From contig CAZXML010000003.1 of assembly GCA_964641245.1 (NCBI GenBank), positions 17,395 through 81,394 on the forward strand: a DNA stretch of 64,000 nt, read 5' to 3'. Positions 48,271 through 59,279 of this stretch are shown one piece after another; within the stretch, counting starts at the first letter, position 1, and every line of letters begins with the position of its first letter. The position numbers and the translations under genes are program-made. Origin of the DNA: an uncultured Gammaproteobacteria bacterium (lineage in GTDB: Bacteria; Patescibacteriota; Patescibacteriia; Magasanikbacterales; GWA2-37-8). The notes under the pieces are model-generated. The model had not been told where the DNA came from. It made no database searches and saw nothing but the letters and a program-made list of their open reading frames with translations.

Positions 48271-48593
48271 GTTAAAAAATTTGGACTGTTGATAAATTTA
48301 TGCCCTTCAATTGTTTCATCAATCGTAAGGGGCGGCAGTTTGTATAATTTTTGGACGTCTTTTAAACTTAGGTCAGTAATCATTCCTACCGTGCTCATGC
48401 CTTTGGGCATCATCATTACCATGGCCATAAAGTGGCTTTGGCAATGCGCGCAGGTAAAATGGACAAATCTGGCGTCGCTTTCATTTATAAACAACTTGCC
48501 GGCAGATTTGTAGTCATGACCGCAAATCGGACAATGGCTAATCAGTTTTAAAGTTTTTCGCCAAGAATCGGCTTTGCTATTGTTTGGCAACAT
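48255..48593 (-). CDS. Zn-ribbon hypothetical protein
   Basis: CPIC...HFTCAHC...GMITDL. Confidence 0.75.
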   Translation of the reverse strand: MLPNNSKADSWRKTLKLISHCPICGHDYKSAGKLFINESDARFVHFTCAHCQSHFMAMVMMMPKGMSTVGMITDLSLKDVQKLYKLPPLTIDETIEGHKFINSPNFLTVILN

Positions 48594-48601
48594 AATATAT
48601 T

Positions 48602-48685
48602 ATGTACGAAATACGAAAATTGCGAAAATACGAAATTTTACATACCGATCAGTTTGCGTTTTCGTAGCTTTCGTATTTCGTACAT
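48602..48685. repeat. Inverted array of (TA)CGAAA units
   Basis: ATGTACGAAATACGAAA...TTTCGTATTTCGTACAT. Confidence 0.85.
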
Positions 48686-48740
48686 CCGCCTTAATATTAA
48701 AGGATTTTGCGGATTTTGTCAATAGTTTAAATACTAAGGT

Positions 48741-48802
48741 ATTTTTCACACACGCTCGGAAAAGAAAAAGCGTTTTCTTTTCTCTCACTTTGTGTAAAAA
48801 AT
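48741..48802 (+). repeat. Family E element
   Basis: ACACGCTCGG-AAAAGAAAA/TTTTCTTTT-CTCTCACTTTGTGT. Confidence 0.75.
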
Positions 48803-48850
48803 AAAGAAGCCCCGGGCAACCAATAATGGCGCAGGGGGCCGATGGAAAAA

Positions 48851-49129
48851 CTACTTTTTACCTAGTTGGATAGTTTCGTTGAGAATCTTGATGTTCTCCT
48901 TTTGCACAACGAGCTTGAGTTGGAGCTTGTCGCCCTCTACCTGACAGCGTTTGTCGATTAGAGGGTGAAGGGTGGGCGATTTTTGATACGGCGGTTCACC
49001 CTCAATAACGATTTCTTTCCTCTGTCCCGGCCCGGTCTCAATAAAGTAATGAAATCGTTTTTGTTTCCTTCCATCTGCTCCGTCTACCTCTAAAACCTGC
49101 CCCACAATTTTTCCGACGAGCTTTTCCAT
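48851..49129 (-). CDS. Small hypothetical protein (SD-led)
   Basis: AGGAGG 6 nt before ATG 49129; 92 aa. Confidence 0.65.
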   Translation of the reverse strand: MEKLVGKIVGQVLEVDGADGRKQKRFHYFIETGPGQRKEIVIEGEPPYQKSPTLHPLIDKRCQVEGDKLQLKLVVQKENIKILNETIQLGKK

Positions 49130-49218
49130 GATTTTCCTCCTGATTATCAGTTTATAGCAAAGTGGCTGGTTGGTCAATTGTCTTCCACCTTTTATTTGCA
49201 CAAAAGGTGAAAATAACT

Positions 49219-50313
49219 TTAGTATCTCTTCACCAACATACTCTCCAAAATCCCGACCAATAGAAGATTTATCACCAAAGAAGACCCGCCGTAACTTACA
49301 AAAGGCAACGTTACGCCGGTAATTGGTAGAAGACCCAAATTTGCTCCCAAATTGGTAATTAATTGCGCGAAAAATAAAATTAAAATTCCGGTGGCGGTGG
49401 CGGCTACAAAATCATCGTCGGATTTTTTGATTATGAGCAGTAGGCGCCAAAATAAAAGTGAAAATAAAATTAGCAAGGCCACTACTCCGGCTAGCCCCAG
49501 CTCTTCACCGATAACCGAAAACACAAAGTCTGTCTGTGCTTCCGGCAAAAAACGCAACTGGCTTTGCGAGCCAAATCCCAAACCGCGCCCAAATATTTTT
49601 CCGGCGCCAACGGCAATAATAGACTGGGTGACATTGTAGCCGCTGCCCAGCGGATCGCGTCCGGGATCAATAAAATTCGCCAAGCGGTCTTTTTGATAAT
49701 CTTTTAAAAAGAAAAACCAACCGGAAACCGCCAGGAGTATTATGGCGACGGTAAGCAAAAATAAATACAAACGACGCGCGCCCACCGCCCACACCATGCC
49801 AAACCAGATAGCGCCTAGTAGCACCGCCGAACCCAAATCCGGTTGCATCATGGTTAAACCCAAAAGCAAAAACGCCACAATGCCCGTGCCAAAGAAAAAT
49901 AAAGGCCGGTCAAATCTTCTGCCAAAGCGGGAAATTATATAAGCAATCATTAAAATCAATCCGATTTTGGCCATTTCTACTGGTTGAAAAGAAAATCCAA
50001 CCAAATTAAACCATCCTTTGGTGCCGCGGACAGTATGCCCAAAAATTAAAACCGAAGCCATTAATAATAAAGAAAACAGATACCACCATTTGGCCACATA
50101 ACGCCAAAGAGTATGCTGGCTGGTGGCGGCCACAAATAATAAAACCAAGCCAATGCTTAACGCCAATAATTGTTTTTTGAAAAAAAATAAATTTGAACTG
50201 CGCGATAAATCCACGCTGTAAACTGCGGCCATACCCATCAGCACCAACAAAATAACCGCCGTAAAAAGCGGCCAGTCAAAACTGCGCGAGGATAATTTTT
50301 GGAAGTTTAACAT
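49219..50313 (-). CDS. rodA: Rod shape-determining protein (SEDS family)
   Basis: FQPVE-AK, QPDLG, YQKDR, LPEAQTDF, LPFVSYGGSS. Confidence 0.93.
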   Translation of the reverse strand: MLNFQKLSSRSFDWPLFTAVILLVLMGMAAVYSVDLSRSSNLFFFKKQLLALSIGLVLLFVAATSQHTLWRYVAKWWYLFSLLLMASVLIFGHTVRGTKGWFNLVGFSFQPVEMAKIGLILMIAYIISRFGRRFDRPLFFFGTGIVAFLLLGLTMMQPDLGSAVLLGAIWFGMVWAVGARRLYLFLLTVAIILLAVSGWFFFLKDYQKDRLANFIDPGRDPLGSGYNVTQSIIAVGAGKIFGRGLGFGSQSQLRFLPEAQTDFVFSVIGEELGLAGVVALLILFSLLFWRLLLIIKKSDDDFVAATATGILILFFAQLITNLGANLGLLPITGVTLPFVSYGGSSLVINLLLVGILESMLVKRY

Positions 50314-50386
50314 AGGCCGAGTAGCAAGTATTAAGTATTATGTATTAAGCAGTGTCCGCTCGATACTTAATACTTGATACATAATA

Positions 50387-51358
50387 CTAAATACCTGGCG
50401 TTGCGTACACCCCCTCATCATAAAGATTTATGATGGGATAGAGCGCGATTTCGGTGGCGCTTAATCCGGAGGAAAAATTGCGGAGGTCAATGTCTTTTGT
50501 TTCCATAGAATTTATGGAATCCAAATGCAGGGGAAGAATACCAACCATCTGTCCGTTTTGCAACAGCCCCACATAAAAATCCGCATTTACATAACTGTAC
50601 GGGCTGGCGTTGGTAAGTTTAAACTGAAGCGCGTCCGTGTTGGTTCCTTCCTGCGCCAATGATTTAAGAAAAACAAAATCGCTGACCGAAAAATTTAACC
50701 GGTAATCCTGCCAGCTTTTGGTGTCGGGAATTGTGTGCGCGGAAATTCGTTCGTATTTTATATTTTCCAAAACAATCACGGGTTTAACCCACGCCTCTCC
50801 ACCAACTGGCAGATCAAATCCCAAATACGCCACCAACCGGCTTTCCCCGGGCATTAAAAAACTTTTTTGCGTTGGAGTTTTTTCCCCGCTGATTACAAAA
50901 TAATAATCAAAGGTGGCCAGAAACCGGCTATTTGGATTTATTAAATCCGCCACCGCATCAAATTTATTTTCCCGGCTGGAAAAAATTTGCGAACTTATAG
51001 CCTGAACCGGCTGGGCGCTAAAGTGCGGATGAATGCCGGTGTAGTTTACCGAAGCGGACAAGCTGGCTTGCACCCGTTGCGCGTCCGGAATGCCCAACAA
51101 ATAAATCCCCCACTGCCACAAACCAAAAATTATAAAAACAGAATTTACAGCAATTAAACCAATTAACAATACTCTATATAGAAGCGCCTTATGTTTTACA
51201 TACCAAAAACCCCATTTTAATTCTTGGGAGGTAAATTCTTGGGTAGGGTCTTCGTACTTTGTAGCCCCTTTCTTTACGACAGGCGGGATTGAAGAGCCGT
51301 CGGCTAGCGGAGCGGTTTTGTCGCCGTCGTGATTGTTGGGATTATAAATGTTTAACAT
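50387..51358 (-). CDS. Membrane-anchored hypothetical protein
   Basis: 323-aa ORF, single TM, TG-TATAAT-like -10 just upstream. Confidence 0.75.
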   Translation of the reverse strand: MLNIYNPNNHDGDKTAPLADGSSIPPVVKKGATKYEDPTQEFTSQELKWGFWYVKHKALLYRVLLIGLIAVNSVFIIFGLWQWGIYLLGIPDAQRVQASLSASVNYTGIHPHFSAQPVQAISSQIFSSRENKFDAVADLINPNSRFLATFDYYFVISGEKTPTQKSFLMPGESRLVAYLGFDLPVGGEAWVKPVIVLENIKYERISAHTIPDTKSWQDYRLNFSVSDFVFLKSLAQEGTNTDALQFKLTNASPYSYVNADFYVGLLQNGQMVGILPLHLDSINSMETKDIDLRNFSSGLSATEIALYPIINLYDEGVYATPGI

Positions 51359-51440
51359 AACTTATTTATTATATCACAAAAATAACGTTCCGAAAAATTG
51401 TTACTCCACCTTTTGTGCAAACAAAAGGTGGAGCCCAAAA

Positions 51441-51858
51441 TTGCCGAGCTGATGAACTTTGCCTCGAACTGCCATCAACTCACCTTTGTTCGTGTTCAGA
51501 AGAGCAAGCAATCGCACTTCACACGTCTCCCTACGGGAGACCACAAAGCCTCATCGTGGCCAGTTCGGGCGAAAGTTCAAATGCTCGGACGGTGTCTGTT
51601 GGTGATTGTCTGTTGTCCACCGGTGTCCGGGCGAGCATTGGACAAGGTGAAGTTAAATTTAGAGATGAGTTGGGAACGGTCTTCCCGAAGGGAGACTGGT
51701 TGTGCTGTTTGAGACTACCTGTTAGAAACAGGTAGTTGAGTTCACAACCAGAGTGACAACGAGTCCTAAATTTTCTGAAGCTTTCCACCGCGAGCGCTTC
51801 TTGGTTACTTCTTCTGAAGAAGTGACGAAAGACCAGTTTGCTTGTCCGGAAAAGGCAA
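51441..51858 (+). ncRNA. Candidate large structured ncRNA, unidentified
   Basis: Multiple nested long helices with G.U pairs on the + strand filling a 560-nt intergenic gap. Confidence 0.6.
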
Positions 51859-51922
51859 CAAAGTGTTTTGCTTACGCAAATATAAATTAAAAAACCCGCC
51901 TTCCGAAGAAGAACGGGCCGTG

Positions 51923-52504
51923 TTAATTGTTCGGAATTTTCCGTCGTACCATCCGGCATTCATGATGCAAGCGACACATCATTTTAACGTCCAGAGGTAA
52001 AACAAATGTCGGGTGCTCATATGACATCACCGAATCGGTTCCGGCTGGAACATCGTTGTCGTCCCTATCAAGAGTGTGGCCAAACTCGTGCGCCACAATG
52101 CGCGGGATAATCTGGTTTGAACTTTCAAACACAATCTTGGGATAAGAAAATGGCTCCCAATTGTAGCATGCGGCAAAACCTTTTCCGCCGCAAGCTCCTT
52201 TCTGAATCTGCAAATGAATGACATCGTTAAACATATACAGTGGAAGTTCATCCACCGTATGAACAATTACCACTCTTGGACGATTGGTGGCGTCAAAATA
52301 ATGAAACCACTGATGAACCCCGGCATAAATCTGGCGTTCGCGGGATTCACGACAGGCTTCATAGCCAAACGCGTAATCTTCGCAACCGGACCAAAAACTG
52401 TCATCAGTCACCATGTAGACTGGGTGACGCAAATCCATGTAGGGAGCCCGACTGGCGCAACTACAAGTAATACAAAGAACAATTGCCATGAAAAGAGCGC
52501 GCAT
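51923..52504 (-). CDS. Putative lipoprotein with a zincin HExxH motif (SD-led)
   Basis: Short hydrophobic leader with Cys; AHEFGHTL...SVM Met-turn; third His ligand not evident. Confidence 0.65.
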   Translation of the reverse strand: MRALFMAIVLCITCSCASRAPYMDLRHPVYMVTDDSFWSGCEDYAFGYEACRESRERQIYAGVHQWFHYFDATNRPRVVIVHTVDELPLYMFNDVIHLQIQKGACGGKGFAACYNWEPFSYPKIVFESSNQIIPRIVAHEFGHTLDRDDNDVPAGTDSVMSYEHPTFVLPLDVKMMCRLHHECRMVRRKIPNN

Positions 52505-52608
52505 GTTTCTACTCCTTATATACTAAGGTAGCACTATGTGAAAAATATAGCAAAAAAACGGCCCGCCTTCCGAAGAAAGCGAACCTAATTGGCATTCGGG
52601 TTGACATG

Positions 52609-53151
52609 TTAGTCATTGTCCAGTACATCAACCGCCGACTTCAGTACAACGAGCAATCTGCCTAAATCATCCAGTGGCAAGTTGTGCAAACAAGTACTAT
52701 GTTTAGCGCACAAAACCTTAACTATATAACGAATCAACTCCGGCTGGCCCTTTAATATTTCGCCCCAAAGATACTGGTCGGCAAATTTGGGATGCGCAGA
52801 CGCAACTTTCTTTATTAACTCATGATTAGCCAGAAACGCCGCAATGAGCTCGGCGGAATCTATACGACGAACTGTCCAACCGGCCAAACGAAATGTATCA
52901 AAAATCACTTCGCTAAGAAAAAGACCAACCGGCTGACTCTCGTCGCTAAGCACCATTGTAAAAACCAGAAAGAACTGCAACAGTCCAGGCTGATCGCGCT
53001 CAAGGACTTTGAACGCCTGCTTTCCGGCCTCTTCCAGCACAGTTGCGTTGGCGTCCGCCGGAAGCAGTTTAGACGAATACAAATCATTCCGATTATGAAG
53101 ACTTGTCGCCACCCGTTCCACAAGTGATTTACTAATTACCAGCTTGCCCAT
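52609..53151 (-). CDS. Hypothetical protein (SD-led)
   Basis: GGAGGT 6 nt before ATG 53151; internal QP-LL-F / QP-LI-Y repeat. Confidence 0.7.
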   Translation of the reverse strand: MGKLVISKSLVERVATSLHNRNDLYSSKLLPADANATVLEEAGKQAFKVLERDQPGLLQFFLVFTMVLSDESQPVGLFLSEVIFDTFRLAGWTVRRIDSAELIAAFLANHELIKKVASAHPKFADQYLWGEILKGQPELIRYIVKVLCAKHSTCLHNLPLDDLGRLLVVLKSAVDVLDND

Positions 53152-53267
53152 TTTTTCACCTCCAACGTGATGTTGTTGCGTGTAACGTAACATCTATAAT
53201 ATTGTTGGTCAATAATTATGGCACGGACTACCCTTGCTCTCTTTATCTTTATATGATAAAATAATGA

Positions 53268-55586
<2,319 letters not shown>

Positions 55587-55694
55587 TTTTTAGTCATAAA
55601 TTTTATGGGAAATCCAGAGGGTGGACACGGTGAGAGAAGAGATGCGGAATACTTTAATCGAGAAATTCTAATCTATAGATGTGCACACCCCCTC

Positions 55695-55723
55695 TTGACT
55701 TATTCCCCGTAATAGGGTAATAT
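55695..55723 (+). promoter_or_regulatory. Putative secE-nusG-rplK promoter
   Basis: TTGACT-17-TAATAT. Confidence 0.55.
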
Positions 55724-55769
55724 TAACTCATCAAATAAAGACAGCCGCAAGGCTGTTTTAAAAAACCTA

Positions 55770-55850
55770 AAATATAGGGGCTTCGCCACATATATACTCA
55801 TTCGCTCGAAAATAATCAAAAACATTTGATTATTTCTCTCACTCATTTCG
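55770..55850 (+). repeat. Family E element in the secE leader
   Basis: AAATATAGGGGCTT...CTCATTCGCTCG-AAATAATCAAA/TTTGATTATTT-CTCTCACTCATTTCG. Confidence 0.85.
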
Positions 55851-55853
55851 TAT

Positions 55854-56042
55854 ATGATCAACGCAATCAAAAACTACTTTGTCGGGGCTTTTCAGGAAAT
55901 GAGAAAAGTTACCTGGCCTTCCAAAAGCCAGACTATAAATTACAGTGTATTGGTAATCGCTTTAAGCGTCGGCATGGCTCTATTTTTCGGCTTATTGGAT
56001 TACATATTTAGTTGGGGCGTTACAAATTTATTTTTAAAGTAA
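55854..56042 (+). CDS. secE: Preprotein translocase subunit SecE
   Basis: EMRKVTWP plus a TM helix; precedes nusG. Confidence 0.95.
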   Translation: MINAIKNYFVGAFQEMRKVTWPSKSQTINYSVLVIALSVGMALFFGLLDYIFSWGVTNLFLK

Positions 56043-56048
56043 TTTAAC

Positions 56049-56189
56049 TGTCATCCTGAACTTGTTTCAGGATCTCTGTCCGTGAGTTGTCATTCCCGCC
56101 CGAGAGCGGGAATCCAGTCGACGATTGTCTGGATTCCCAATCAAGTTGGGAATGACATGCGCAGATGCTGAAATAAATTCAGCATGACA
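56049..56189. repeat. Nested family A doublets (inner 56088-56157)
   Basis: Outer CCTG/GCTG arms; inner TGTCATTCCCGC...GCGGGAATCC...GGATTCCC...GGGAATGACA. Confidence 0.95.
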
Positions 56190-56202
56190 AAAAACACATT
56201 AT

Positions 56203-56748
56203 ATGGCCAAACAAACACTCAACCTTGGCAAGCGCTGGTACGTGCTACACACTTACAGCGGTTACGAGGAAAACGTAAAAACAAATTTGGAACAACGCCG
56301 TGAATCTTTTGCCATGCAAGACAAAATTTTTAATATTTTGGTTCCTAAGGAAAAGAAAATAAAAATTAAAAACAGCAAACGGTTGGTTGTAGAAGAAAAA
56401 ATGTTCCCGGGTTATGTACTCGTAGAAATGATTGTGACCGATGATTCCTGGTACGTAGTCCGCAACACCCCAAACGTCACCGGCTTCGTTGGCTCCGGCA
56501 CCACCCCTACTCCAATAGACCAGGCAGAAGTAGACGGCTTGGTAAAAAGAATGTCCGCTTCCGAACCACAACATCAAATTAATTTTGAAATTAACGAATT
56601 GGTGCGGATTACCGATGGACCGTTCAAAAACTTTGAGGGTAAGGTCAGTAACGTTGATCAGGAGAGAGGCAAGGTTAAAGTTCTTATCACCATGTTCGGA
56701 CGCGAAACACCGGTAGAATTGGATGCGATGCAGGTAAAAAAAGCGTAA
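56203..56748 (+). CDS. nusG: Transcription factor NusG
   Basis: WYVLHTYSGYE, FPGYV, VRNTPNVTGF, FGRETPVEL. Confidence 0.98.
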   Translation: MAKQTLNLGKRWYVLHTYSGYEENVKTNLEQRRESFAMQDKIFNILVPKEKKIKIKNSKRLVVEEKMFPGYVLVEMIVTDDSWYVVRNTPNVTGFVGSGTTPTPIDQAEVDGLVKRMSASEPQHQINFEINELVRITDGPFKNFEGKVSNVDQERGKVKVLITMFGRETPVELDAMQVKKA

Positions 56749-56773
56749 TTAAATAAAGAAAGTGATCGCGGAC

Positions 56774-56912
56774 TGTCATTCTGAGCACAGCGAAGAATCC
56801 CTCTCTGTCATTCTCGCCAAAGCGGGAATCCAGTGTCCGATTGTCTGGATTCCCATTGTTATGGGAATGACAATTAAACGGACAGAGATCCTTCACTACG
56901 TTCAGGATGACA
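56774..56912. repeat. Nested family A doublets (inner 56806-56872)
   Basis: Outer TTCTGAG/TCCTGAA arms; inner arms and spacer resemble 56088-56157. Confidence 0.95.
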
Positions 56913-56963
56913 AGTACCGGCTTCTCGGTCATAATTCTTAATTCATAATTCTTACTTAAATCT

Positions 56964-57389
56964 ATGGCAAAAAAATTAATGGCGCAAATCAAATTGCAGA
57001 TTGTCGGCGGAGCCGCTAACCCGGCCCCACCAGTCGGCCCGGCTTTGGGCCAGCACGGCGTAAATATCCAGGGCTTCTGTAAGGAATTCAACGAAAAGAC
57101 CCAGGATAAAAAAGGCGAAGTAGTGCCGGTAATCATTTCCGTTTACGAAGACCGCAGTTTCAGTTTCATAATGAAAACTCCTCCGGTTCCGGAATTGATT
57201 AAAAAAGCGGCGGGTATAGAAAAAGGTTCTGCCAAACCTTTGCAAGACAAAGTTGGCAAAATCACCAAAGCCCAAGTTCGCCAAATCGCCGAAAAGAAAA
57301 TGCCGGACTTAAACTGCCACACCGTAGAAGCCGCCATGAGTATGGTGGAAGGTACGGCCAGAAATATGGGTGTTACCATTGAGGGATAA
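56964..57389 (+). CDS. rplK: 50S ribosomal protein L11
   Basis: [23 protein letters not shown]. Confidence 0.98.
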   Translation: MAKKLMAQIKLQIVGGAANPAPPVGPALGQHGVNIQGFCKEFNEKTQDKKGEVVPVIISVYEDRSFSFIMKTPPVPELIKKAAGIEKGSAKPLQDKVGKITKAQVRQIAEKKMPDLNCHTVEAAMSMVEGTARNMGVTIEG

Positions 57390-57432
57390 CACGAATGCGC
57401 TTGAGCGCCACAAATAACACAAATAAAAAATG

Positions 57433-57458
57433 AAGACGTCCCGGTTGGGGCGTCTTTT
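57433..57458 (+). terminator. Terminator after rplK
   Basis: AAGACGTCCC-GGTT-GGGGCGTCTTTT. Confidence 0.75.
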
Positions 57459-57484
57459 AGTTGTGCTGTTTTAACGGAAATGTG

Positions 57485-58042
57485 TTACGGACAAACGCCG
57501 AGCGTGTCGCCGTGCGCCAGATGGGCGGGAACGGCTGGTGTGCCGACACAGATGTTGTGAAGATTGGCCGGATTGCCGGGTGGGTAATGGCAAAGAAGGG
57601 CCTTACCGGACGCGCAGGATTCATCATCCCCGTCGTCGCCGTCTCCGTCGCAGACGCACTGGCCGTCCACGCAGATTTGACCTTCGGGGCAGTCGTCGTC
57701 GGAGTAGCACCCCGGAACGCCGGCATCGGAAACGCCGACAACACCACCATCATGAACTTCGCCAACTCCTCCGTCAGAAGTGCCGATGACGACATTCGCA
57801 TCAGCAGTGTCAACAGTATTGCTGTCGGGCAGGCTGGCATCAGCGTTCATTTCACCTCCGTCAACCTGGGTCATGCTAGCATCGTCCTGGCTCTGCGTCG
57901 CATCCATACTATCTGCCGGCACCATGCCGTCAGCCAGCAATACCCCGCCATCCAGGTCATAGCCACCAGGAGGACTTTGGCCACAGCCAGCCATGAGCAC
58001 AAAAGCAAAGAGCGTTGTCATTCGGTTCATCATCGTTCGCAT
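57485..58042 (-). CDS. Cys-rich lipoprotein of myxobacterial style (SD-led)
   Basis: LMAGC lipobox; D-A/G-rich linker; C-SDDDC-GQ-CVDGQC; LCHYPPGNPAN-H-I-V...AHLAHGD-LG-C. Confidence 0.75.
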   Translation of the reverse strand: MRTMMNRMTTLFAFVLMAGCGQSPPGGYDLDGGVLLADGMVPADSMDATQSQDDASMTQVDGGEMNADASLPDSNTVDTADANVVIGTSDGGVGEVHDGGVVGVSDAGVPGCYSDDDCPEGQICVDGQCVCDGDGDDGDDESCASGKALLCHYPPGNPANLHNICVGTPAVPAHLAHGDTLGVCP

Positions 58043-58090
58043 CGGATTCTCCTTTTTGGTTCTGTGTTCGGAACAGGTTTGGGTTTATTC

Positions 58091-58163
58091 TATATAGCTC
58101 CACATATAACCTCACTCGCTCGGAAGTAGCCAAGCATGCTTGGCACTTCACTCACTCATGTCG
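58091..58163 (+). repeat. Family E element overlapping the queA stop
   Basis: CCACATATAA-CCTCACTCGCTCGG-AAGT/GCCAAGC..GCTTGGC/ACTT-CACTCACTCATGTCG. Confidence 0.75.
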
Positions 58164-59278
58164 GTTATCAGCATCGCATCGCCAAAACTAAAAAAACGAT
58201 ACTTTTCGGCAACTGCTTTATCGTAACATCTTAGCACAAACTCTCTATCATTTGCAAGCGCGCAAACCAACATCAGCAAAGTGGACTTTGGCAGATGGAA
58301 ATTGGTAATTAGCGCGTCTACAATTTTAAATTTAAAACCGGGATAAATAAAAATATTGATATCGCCGGAATACGGACGCAAAATTGGAAATTGGAAATTA
58401 GAAATTAGAAATTTTTGGGCAACGCCTTCCAATACTCGAACCGTAGTCGTCCCCACCGCCACCACTCGCCTACCTTCGGCTTTGGCCTGATTTATTAAAT
58501 CGGCATTTTTTGATGTCAGTTCTACCCACTCGCTATGCATACGATGTTCCTCCAAACTTTCGGTTTTCACCGGCAAAAACGTTCCCAATCCCACATGCAA
58601 AGTTACTTCCGCAAATTCCACCCCTTTATCCTTCAATTTTTCTATCAGCTCCGGAGTAAAATGAAACCCGGCCGTTGGCGCCGCCACCGACCCTTCTTCT
58701 TTGGCGTACACCGTTTGGTATCGGTTTGTTAATTGTTCATTGTTAATTGTTAACTGGTCAATATACGGTGGTGTCGGCACTTCCCCATATTTATTCGCTT
58801 TCGCCCGCACCAACATATCGTCCTCTTCAAACTGAATTAAAAAAGTGCCGTCATTTTCTCTTAACATTACTTCAGCGCTAAAGTCCGGAGCAAAAACAAT
58901 TTTCATTCCCAAGCGCAACTTTCTGCCCGGCTTAGCCAGCGCTTTCCACACTTTATTATTTTCCATTGGCTTGACCAAAAAAATTTCTACCGGCGTGGCG
59001 TTTAAAATTTTACCGGTAGTGACTACTTTTCCCACCAAACCATCCGTTTCTTCATCCAACATTATTTGACCGCGCAAACGGGCCTTAAAAACTTTGGTAT
59101 TATTCCAAACCAACAAATCCCCTTTTTTTAAACAATCAACAATATCAAAAAAATGTTTGTCTTCAACTTTTTTTGCTTTTCTATCTAAAACCATCAAACG
59201 CGAACTATCGCGCGGTTCCAACGGAATTTGCGCGATGAGCTGTTTGGGTAAATTATAATCAAAATCAGAGGCTAACAT
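58148..59278 (-). CDS. queA: S-adenosylmethionine:tRNA ribosyltransferase-isomerase
   Basis: FDYNLP, PPYI, YQTVYA, AAPTAG-HF, TLHVGLGTF, TNFHLPKSTL, SFGDAM. Confidence 0.97.
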   Translation of the reverse strand: MLASDFDYNLPKQLIAQIPLEPRDSSRLMVLDRKAKKVEDKHFFDIVDCLKKGDLLVWNNTKVFKARLRGQIMLDEETDGLVGKVVTTGKILNATPVEIFLVKPMENNKVWKALAKPGRKLRLGMKIVFAPDFSAEVMLRENDGTFLIQFEEDDMLVRAKANKYGEVPTPPYIDQLTINNEQLTNRYQTVYAKEEGSVAAPTAGFHFTPELIEKLKDKGVEFAEVTLHVGLGTFLPVKTESLEEHRMHSEWVELTSKNADLINQAKAEGRRVVAVGTTTVRVLEGVAQKFLISNFQFPILRPYSGDINIFIYPGFKFKIVDALITNFHLPKSTLLMLVCALANDREFVLRCYDKAVAEKYRFFSFGDAMLITDMSE

Positions 59279-59279
59279 A

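Noticed and set aside
51449-51580. Hammerhead ribozyme (CTGATGA ... GAAA)
   Set aside because: Both motifs are absorbed in the TGAACTTT/AAAGTTCA helix, and I could not build stems II/III and a cleavage triplet.
51441-51858. RNase P, tmRNA or group I intron identity for the structured region
   Set aside because: GTCCGGGC and GAGACTA resemble conserved bits, but GAGGAAAG/CR-V, a T-arm with CCA end, a proper P7 partner and an interrupted host gene are all missing.
51398-51959. Overlapping 104-142 aa ORFs in the intergenic gap
   Set aside because: No recognisable motifs, they overlap each other, and the region is better explained by RNA structure.
55605-55712. Short ORF MGNPEGGHGERR... after gyrB
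   Set aside because: About 35 codons, overlaps the putative secE promoter, no support.
55741-55759. Attenuator upstream of secE
   Set aside because: Hairpin ACAGCC-GCAA-GGCTGT with a short T-run could equally be the gyrB terminator; no antiterminator seen.
57461-58129. 222-aa + strand ORF
   Set aside because: Antisense shadow of the SD-led lipoprotein gene.
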